Positions 30,201 through 34,470 of a DNA stretch of 34,470 bases are shown one piece after another. Made by a program: the position numbers and the translations under genes. The notes under the pieces were generated by a model. That model was given only the letters and a program-made list of their open reading frames with translations. It was not told the origin of the DNA and made no database searches. The stretch is from positions 1 to 34,470 of the IMG/VR virus record IMGVR_UViG_2917875804_000002, one strand, 5' to 3'. Within the stretch, counting starts at the first letter, position 1. Each line of letters begins with the position of its first letter. The DNA is from a virus (taxonomy: Duplodnaviria; Heunggongvirae; Uroviricota; Caudoviricetes).

Positions 30201-30301
30201 ATATTGCGCGGGAGGTGGCCCGCCAGCTTGATGAACGTGAACGCAGGCTGAAGGCAAAAGCCAGGAGTAACTACAGCGATCAGGGGGGATACGACGCATG
30301 A
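27224..30301 (+). CDS. T: tail tape measure protein T
   Basis: 1025-aa ORF, coiled-coil-rich N-terminus and Ala/Gly/Leu-rich hydrophobic middle, position. Confidence 0.9.
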   Translation: MSDNNLRLQVILNAVDKLTRPFRSAQASSRELAAAVKQSRDAIKQLDQAGSSLDSFRKLQAENQKLGDRLNYARQRANLLSHELGSMGPPSQRQVVALGRQRLAVQRLEERQKKLQQQTALVRAELYRAGISANDGASATARITRETMRYNRQLSEQEARLRRVGEQQRKMHAARGAYARRLEVRDRIAGAGATTTTAGLAMGAPVMAAVKSYTSMEDAMKGVAKQVNGLRDDNGNRTARFYEMQDAIKAASEQLPMENGAVDFAALVEGGARMNVANPDDSWEDQKRDLLAFASTAAKAATAFELPADELSESLGKIAQLYKIPTRNIEQLGDALNYLDDNAMSKGADIIDVMQRLGGVADRLDYRKAAALGSTFLTLGAAPEVAASAANAMVRELSIATMQSKSFFEGMNLLKLNPEVIEKQMTKDAMGTIQRVLEKVNALPQDKRLSAMTMLFGKEFGDDAAKLANNLPELQRQLKLTAGNDALGSMQKESDINKDSLSAQWLLVKTGAQNTFSSLGETLRQPLMDILYTVKSVTGALRRWVEANPELTGTLMKVAAVVAAVTVGLGTLAVALAAVLGPLAVIRLGFSVLGIKTLPSVTAAVTRTSSALSWLAGAPLALLRRGLASSGNAAGLLTAPLSSLRRTASLTGNVLKTVAGAPVALLRSGLSGLRAVAVMFMNPLAALRGGLAAAGAVLRVLASGPLAMLRIALYAVSGLLGALLSPIGLVVTALAGVALVVWKYWQPITAFLGGVVEGFKAAAGPISEAFEPLKPVFQWIGDKVQALWGWFTDLLTPVKSTSAELQSAAAMGRRFGEALAEGLNMVMHPLDSLKSGVSWLLEKLGIVSKEAAKAKLPESVTRQQPATVNADGKVMMPSGDFPSWGYGFAGMYDSGGYIPRGQFGIVGENGPEIVNGPANVTSRRNTAALAAVVAGMMGVAAAPAELPPLHPLALPAKGGEAMVSRAATVPPIYRIEAPTQIIIQTQPGQSAQDIAREVARQLDERERRLKAKARSNYSDQGGYDA

Positions 30302-30783
30302 TGATGGTGCTGGGATTGTACGTGTTTATGCTGCGCACCGTGCCGTATCAGGAACTGCAGTATCAACGCAGCTGGCGACATGCGGCTAACAGCCGGGTAA
30401 ATCGTCGTCCGTCCACGCAGTTTCTGGGACCGGACAACGACATGCTGACGCTTTCCGGTGTTCTTATGCCGGAGATAACAGGCGGCAGGCTGTCGTTGCT
30501 GGCACTTGAGCAGATGGCAGAACAGGGGAAAGCATGGCCCCTGATTGAAGGTAGCGGCACGATTTACGGCATGTATGTGATTGAGGGACTGAATCAGACT
30601 AAAACGGAGTTTTTCCGCGACGGTATGCCGCGCCGGATTGAGTTCACCCTGTCGCTCAAACGGGTGGATGAATCCCTGTCCGATATGTTCGGTGATCTCA
30701 GTGCGCAACTGAATAATCTGCAGGGAACGGCAACATCTGCCTTAAGCGATATCAGTAAAACGGTGGGAGGGCTTCTGTCGTGA
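30298..30783 (+). CDS. U: tail protein U
   Basis: 161 aa, start overlaps T stop. Confidence 0.85.
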   Translation: MMMVLGLYVFMLRTVPYQELQYQRSWRHAANSRVNRRPSTQFLGPDNDMLTLSGVLMPEITGGRLSLLALEQMAEQGKAWPLIEGSGTIYGMYVIEGLNQTKTEFFRDGMPRRIEFTLSLKRVDESLSDMFGDLSAQLNNLQGTATSALSDISKTVGGLLS

Positions 30784-31880
30784 ATTTCAGCTCTGAACTG
30801 CTTAACAAAGGCAACAAAACTCCGGCATTCAGCATCAGTATTGAAGGCAGGGATATCACCACTGTGCTGGACAACCGCCTGATGGGGCTGACGCTGACGG
30901 ATAACCGGGGATTTGAAGCGGACCAGCTTGATCTGGAGCTTGACGACGCCGATGGAAAAATCGTGCTGCCGCGCCGTGGTGCGGTCATTACGCTGGCGCT
31001 GGGCTGGAAGGGGCAGCCGCTTTTCCCGAAAGGGGCATTCACGGTGGACGAGATTGAACACACTGGCGCACCGGACCGCCTGACTATCCGGGCGCGAAGT
31101 GCTGATTTTCGTGAAACGCTGAATACCCGCCGTGAAAAGTCGTGGCACAAGACCACCGTTGGGGAAGTGGTGAAGGAAATAGCTGCGCGGCACAAACTGA
31201 AGATGGCACTGGGTAAAGACCTGTCAGATAAACCCGTGGAACATATAGACCAGACCAATGAGAGTGACGGCAGTTTTCTGATGCGGTTGGCGCGCCAGTA
31301 CGGTGCTATTGCGTCGGTGAAAAATGGCAATCTGTTATTCATCCGACAGGGACAGGGTAAAAGCGCCAGCGGTAAACCACTACCGGTGATCACTATCACA
31401 CGCAAGGACGGCGACAGTCACCGCTTTACCCTAGCAGATCGCGGAGCCTATACGGGCGTAATTGCCAGTTGGTTGCATACCCGCGAACCCGTGAAGAAAG
31501 AAAGCACCACGGTGAAGCGTAAGCGCAGGACCGCAAAGCAGAAGAAAGAGCCGGAAGCGAAGCTGGGCGATTACCTGGTGGGTACGGATGAAAACGTGCT
31601 GGTACTTAATCGCACTTATGCCAACCGGAGCAACGCTGAACGGGCAGCGAAAATGCAGTGGCAACGCCTGCAACGCGGCGTTGCGTCATTCTCGCTACAA
31701 CTGGCGGAAGGGCGGGCGGATCTCTACACGGAAATGCCTGTGAAGGTCAGTGGCTTTAAACAGCCAATAGATGATGCGGAATGGACCATTACCACCCTGA
31801 CGCATAATGTCAGCCCGGATAACGGTTTTACGACCAGTATTGAACTTGAAGTGAAAATTGATGATCTTGAAATGGAATAA
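30780..31880 (+). CDS. D: tail protein D (late control gene D)
   Basis: 366 aa, GTG start overlapping U stop. Confidence 0.85.
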   Translation: MNFSSELLNKGNKTPAFSISIEGRDITTVLDNRLMGLTLTDNRGFEADQLDLELDDADGKIVLPRRGAVITLALGWKGQPLFPKGAFTVDEIEHTGAPDRLTIRARSADFRETLNTRREKSWHKTTVGEVVKEIAARHKLKMALGKDLSDKPVEHIDQTNESDGSFLMRLARQYGAIASVKNGNLLFIRQGQGKSASGKPLPVITITRKDGDSHRFTLADRGAYTGVIASWLHTREPVKKESTTVKRKRRTAKQKKEPEAKLGDYLVGTDENVLVLNRTYANRSNAERAAKMQWQRLQRGVASFSLQLAEGRADLYTEMPVKVSGFKQPIDDAEWTITTLTHNVSPDNGFTTSIELEVKIDDLEME

Positions 31881-31948
31881 ATGGTTCTCAATATTGATAT
31901 TTTGTGTATCATTGCATTGATTCTGATAGCAAAGGTAGGGATCTGGAT

Positions 31949-32167
31949 ATGATGAATTGTCCAAAGTGTGGTCATGCGGCGCACACAAGGAGCAGTTTTC
32001 AAGTAACGGAAAGCACCAAAGAGCGTTACTGCCAGTGCCAAAATATTAACTGCGGGAGCACTTTTGTTACCCATGAAACAGTGGTCCGGTTTATTGTGAC
32101 ACCTGCATTGATCGCTACAGCCCCTCCACATCCATCGCTAGGAGGTCAGGGGCATATGAATTTTTGA
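31949..32167 (+). CDS. ogr: Ogr/B-type zinc-finger late-gene transcription activator
   Basis: MMNCPKCGHAAHTRSS...CQCQNINCGSTF; CxxC-N22-CxxC zinc finger as in P2 Ogr/186 B. Confidence 0.8.
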   Translation: MMNCPKCGHAAHTRSSFQVTESTKERYCQCQNINCGSTFVTHETVVRFIVTPALIATAPPHPSLGGQGHMNF

Positions 32168-32175
32168 GAAAGAGA

Positions 32176-32195
32176 ACCTGCTACGGCAGGTTTTT
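32176..32195. terminator. bidirectional rho-independent terminator between convergent ogr and WYL/BRCT gene
   Basis: ACCTGC-TACG-GCAGGT stem-loop flanked by A-run on the left and TTTTT on the right. Confidence 0.6.
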
Positions 32196-32677
32196 ATTCA
32201 TCTGGGATCTCACCTGTTTCAAGAAAATGTATAAAGCCAGGCTCATCTATGATGATAGTGCCTTTCATCCTTGCTGCCGATACTTTTGATGGGCCTGCAT
32301 TGTAACCGCAGCAGAGCATCTGAAGGTTTTGGGTTACAGAGGTTCTTACCGTTAATCCTTGTTCATTCGCCTTATCAACCAACCTTTCTTTATCTGCTTT
32401 CTTAAATCCGGTGAAACACACATCGAATGTATTTTTTTTTCGGGCCAGACTGCTTAGTGAGGTGTGAGTAGTTTTCGGGGAGGAATGTCTCGCATTCCTG
32501 AATGGCTTGTTCTTGTGAATCGTATTGTTTAAGAATGCGGTCTTTTCGGAAGGTTTTTATTCGGTCGGTGTTCTTACAAATGCCCTGTATATGATTTTCG
32601 CTATAACTGATGCTCTGTATTGAGTGAACACCGATACGACCATTTGCATTAATGTAAACAAAGTGAAGTTCTTCCAT
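32194..32677 (-). CDS. small protein with N-terminal WYL-like domain and C-terminal BRCT-like domain; frame broken in T9 run 32432-32440
   Basis: ORFs 32402..32677 and 32194..32421; N-part FVYINANGRIGVHSIQSISYSENHIQGICKNTDRIKTFRKDRI follows the WYL-domain pattern (F.Y..G...I.....H/W..G.C....R.FR.DRI); C-part FTGFKKADKERLVDKANEQGLTVRTSVTQNLQMLCCGYNAGPSKVSAARMKGTIIIDEPGFIHFL resembles a LigA-type BRCT by eye; AAGAGG RBS. Confidence 0.5.
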
Positions 32678-32703
32678 GTGAAACCTCTTGGCTTGATTTC
32701 AAG

Positions 32704-32742
32704 ATGGCGACAGGCAAGACGGACGCAAAACTCTGTCGCCAT
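32704..32742. repeat. perfect 10-bp inverted repeat (ATGGCGACAG ... CTGTCGCCAT) in the leader of the WYL/BRCT gene
   Basis: Arms at 32704-32713 and 32733-32742 with 19-nt spacer, 27-64 nt upstream of the start codon at 32677. Confidence 0.5.
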
Positions 32743-32761
32743 TTTGCCGCCACTACCAAAG

Positions 32762-32794
32762 AAAAAGGGGCTACGCCTTCACGTAACCCCTTGA
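32762..32794 (-). terminator. ssrA rho-independent terminator
   Basis: On minus strand GGGGTTACG-TGAAGG-CGTAGCCCC followed by TTTTT, immediately downstream of tmRNA CCA end. Confidence 0.55.
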
Positions 32795-32800
32795 TTTATT

Positions 32801-33163
32801 TGGTGGAGCTGGCGGGAGTTGAACCCGCGTCCGAAATTCCTACATCCTCGGTACTACATGCTTAGTCAGTCTTTACATTCGCTTGCCAGCTGCGGACAGA
32901 CACGCCACTAACAAACTAGCCTGATTAAGTTTTAACGCTTCAACCCCAGGCTGGGCTTCCACGCGATCTCTTTTGGGTTTGACCTCTCTTGATCCCCGTC
33001 CTAAGAGCGGAGGCTAGGGAGAGAGGGCTCTAAGCAGGTTATTAAGCTGCTAAAGCGTAGTTTTCGTCGTTTGCGACTATTTTTTGCGGCTTTTTACGAG
33101 GCCAACCGCCCCTCGGCATGCACCTTGGGTTTCGCAAATCCCGTCGAATCCAGAATCAGCCCC
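32801..33163 (-). ncRNA. ssrA: tmRNA (SsrA RNA)
   Basis: 363 nt; reverse complement begins GGGGCTGATTCTGGATTCGACGGG and ends CCAGCTCCACCA, matching E. coli tmRNA essentially throughout. Confidence 0.95.
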
Positions 33164-33377
33164 AATGTGTAACGTTAAGTATACCAGATTTTTGAGCGCC
33201 ATGACTAGCCCCAAAGGCGTTATCATCCTGGAATTAGCGCCTGCATAGTATGATTTTTCTTCGATTAAGCAATGGGATGGCTACATCAATGTCAGATTTG
33301 ACAGTCGACAAGGTGTTCATTCGCGCCACCGGATAGGGAGGCGCGGTGAAGATTTGATTAGTATCGCTTATATAGGT

Positions 33378-33861
33378 TTAACGGTGCGCGTTTTTCATGA
33401 TACGTGCTTTATCAACCTGCCATTCACGTTCTTTGATATCAGAACGTTTATCGTGTTGTTTCTTACCTTTCGCGACGCCGATTTTTACTTTGCACCAGGC
33501 ATTTTTCCAGTACAGGGAGAGCGCCACTACGGTATAACCTTCACGGTTCACTCGGCCATAGAGAGAGTCAAGTTCGCGCTGGTTGAGAAGCAGTTTGCGG
33601 GTGCGAGTAGGGTCGCACACCACGTGCGTGGAAGCCACTGCCATCGGCGTGATGTTTGCTCCAAACAGGAACGCTTCTCCGTCGCGCAGAAGGACATAGC
33701 TGTCGCTAATATTGGCTTTTCCTGCGCGCAGGGATTTAACTTCCCAGCCTTGCAGGGCAAGTCCCGCTTCGAACTCTTCTTCAATAAAGTATTCGTGACG
33801 GGCGCGCTTGTTAAGCGCGATGGTCGCTGAACCAGGTTTATGTGCTTTTTTTCTTCGTCAT
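33378..33861 (-). CDS. smpB: SsrA-binding protein SmpB; frame broken by extra base in T7 run 33846-33852 (expected A6 after ATGACGAAG)
   Basis: ORF 33378..33644 is identical by eye to the E. coli SmpB C-terminal 88 aa; N-terminal MTKKK start codon at 33861 is out of frame by one nucleotide. Confidence 0.85.
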
Positions 33862-33993
33862 AAGCGTCGTGAATCATCGGTAATCTGAAATCGAAAATAC
33901 CCCATATCAATCCTGCGGGGGACAAGGCTCTATCTTAGCATGAACCGGATGTTACCCAGCGTCGGGATAGCGTTTTTTTTTACGGCAGGATAA

Positions 33994-34470
33994 ATGATAT
34001 TATTTGTTGGATTTTTGTTGATGGAAATTGTTATGCCTCAGATTAGCCGGACCGCACTGGTACCCTACAGCGCGGAGCAAATGTATCAGTTAGTGAATGA
34101 CGTTCAGTCTTATCCTCAGTTTTTACCAGGGTGCACTGGAAGCCGGATTCTGGAGTCCACTCCTGGGCAGATGACCGCTGCGGTAGATGTGTCTAAGGCT
34201 GGGATCAGCAAAACGTTTACTACCCGCAACCAATTGACCAGTAACCAAAGTATTCTGATGAGTCTGGTTGATGGACCGTTTAAGAAATTGATCGGCGGCT
34301 GGAAGTTTACGCCGTTGAGCCAGGACGCGTGCCGTATTGAGTTTCATCTCGACTTTGAGTTTACCAATAAGTTGATTGAACTCGCCTTTGGTCGCGTGTT
34401 TAAAGAGCTGGCAGCTAATATGGTGCAGGCTTTTACTGTTCGTGCAAAAGAGGTCTACAGTGCCAGGTAA
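33994..34470 (+). CDS. ratA: RatA/PasT (YfjG) SRPBCC-family ribosome-association toxin homologue
   Basis: 158 aa, MPQISRTALVPYSAEQMYQLVNDVQSYPQFLPGC...; divergent from smpB as in E. coli K-12; window ends exactly at its stop codon. Confidence 0.85.
   Translation: MILFVGFLLMEIVMPQISRTALVPYSAEQMYQLVNDVQSYPQFLPGCTGSRILESTPGQMTAAVDVSKAGISKTFTTRNQLTSNQSILMSLVDGPFKKLIGGWKFTPLSQDACRIEFHLDFEFTNKLIELAFGRVFKELAANMVQAFTVRAKEVYSAR

Larger units (their letters stand above)
1..32800. mobile_element. 186/P2-like prophage integrated at the 3' end of ssrA; int-proximal boundary (attL) not contained in window
   Basis: Contiguous syntenic set of integrase, CI/Apl/CII switch, replication gene A, portal, terminase, capsid, lysis, baseplate, tail fibre, sheath/tube, E/E', tape measure, U, D and ogr; ogr end lies about 630 bp from the ssrA 3' end; no repeat of the ssrA 3' end found in 1..700. 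Confidence 0.85.

Noticed and set aside
30594-31405. Minus-strand ORFs of 199 and 217 aa overlapping U and D
   Set aside because: Antisense to conserved tail genes U and D; Ser/Arg/Pro-rich composition typical of non-coding frames.
33354-33830. 158-aa plus-strand ORF opposite smpB
   Set aside because: Antisense to smpB, whose product is clearly encoded on the minus strand.
1-34470. Split genes as true pseudogenes, phase-variable genes or programmed frameshifts (except E/E')
   Set aside because: The same indel pattern hits the conserved host gene smpB and essential phage genes (portal, sheath, tail fibre), so sequencing error is the simplest explanation.
1-34470. CRISPR arrays, IS elements/transposases, tRNA or rRNA genes
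   Set aside because: No regularly spaced direct repeats, no transposase-like ORFs with terminal inverted repeats, and no tRNA-like or rRNA-like sequence found by inspection; the only RNA gene is ssrA.

Overview
The window is an almost complete 186/P2-like (Peduovirus-type) prophage (1 to about 32,800) inserted at the 3' end of the tmRNA gene ssrA, followed by the E. coli-type chromosomal flank ssrA(-), smpB(-), ratA(+). All calls are from reading the sequence and the supplied ORF track by eye; no searches or alignments were run. Gene order: dCTP-deaminase-fold cargo(-), int(-), cI(-) | apl, cII, small early ORFs, TraR/DksA-like Zn finger, dam, replication gene A | LexA box, small SOS ORF, DinI-like | GNAT(-) | cos-like sequence | P-loop NTPase cargo | Q(-), P(-), O, N, M, L, X, holin, lysozyme, lysA, lysB, lysC, R, S, V, W, J, I, H, G | acyltransferase-3 cargo | FI, FII, E/E', T, U, D, ogr | WYL-like/BRCT-like gene(-) | ssrA. 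The ogr end abuts ssrA; no copy of the ssrA 3' end (attL) is present at the int end, so the left junction lies beyond position 1. At least eight genes, including the conserved host gene smpB, are broken by single-nucleotide indels, mostly in homopolymer runs of 6-9 nt, so I treat split ORFs as assembly errors rather than pseudogenes. The best candidates for an undescribed system are the AT-rich cargo loci: an orphan ~425-aa P-loop NTPase between cos and the portal gene, a Dcd/Dut-fold gene next to int, a small WYL-like+BRCT-like protein with an inverted-repeat leader next to ssrA, plus a solitary GNAT and a membrane acyltransferase at the two classical P2 variable loci.
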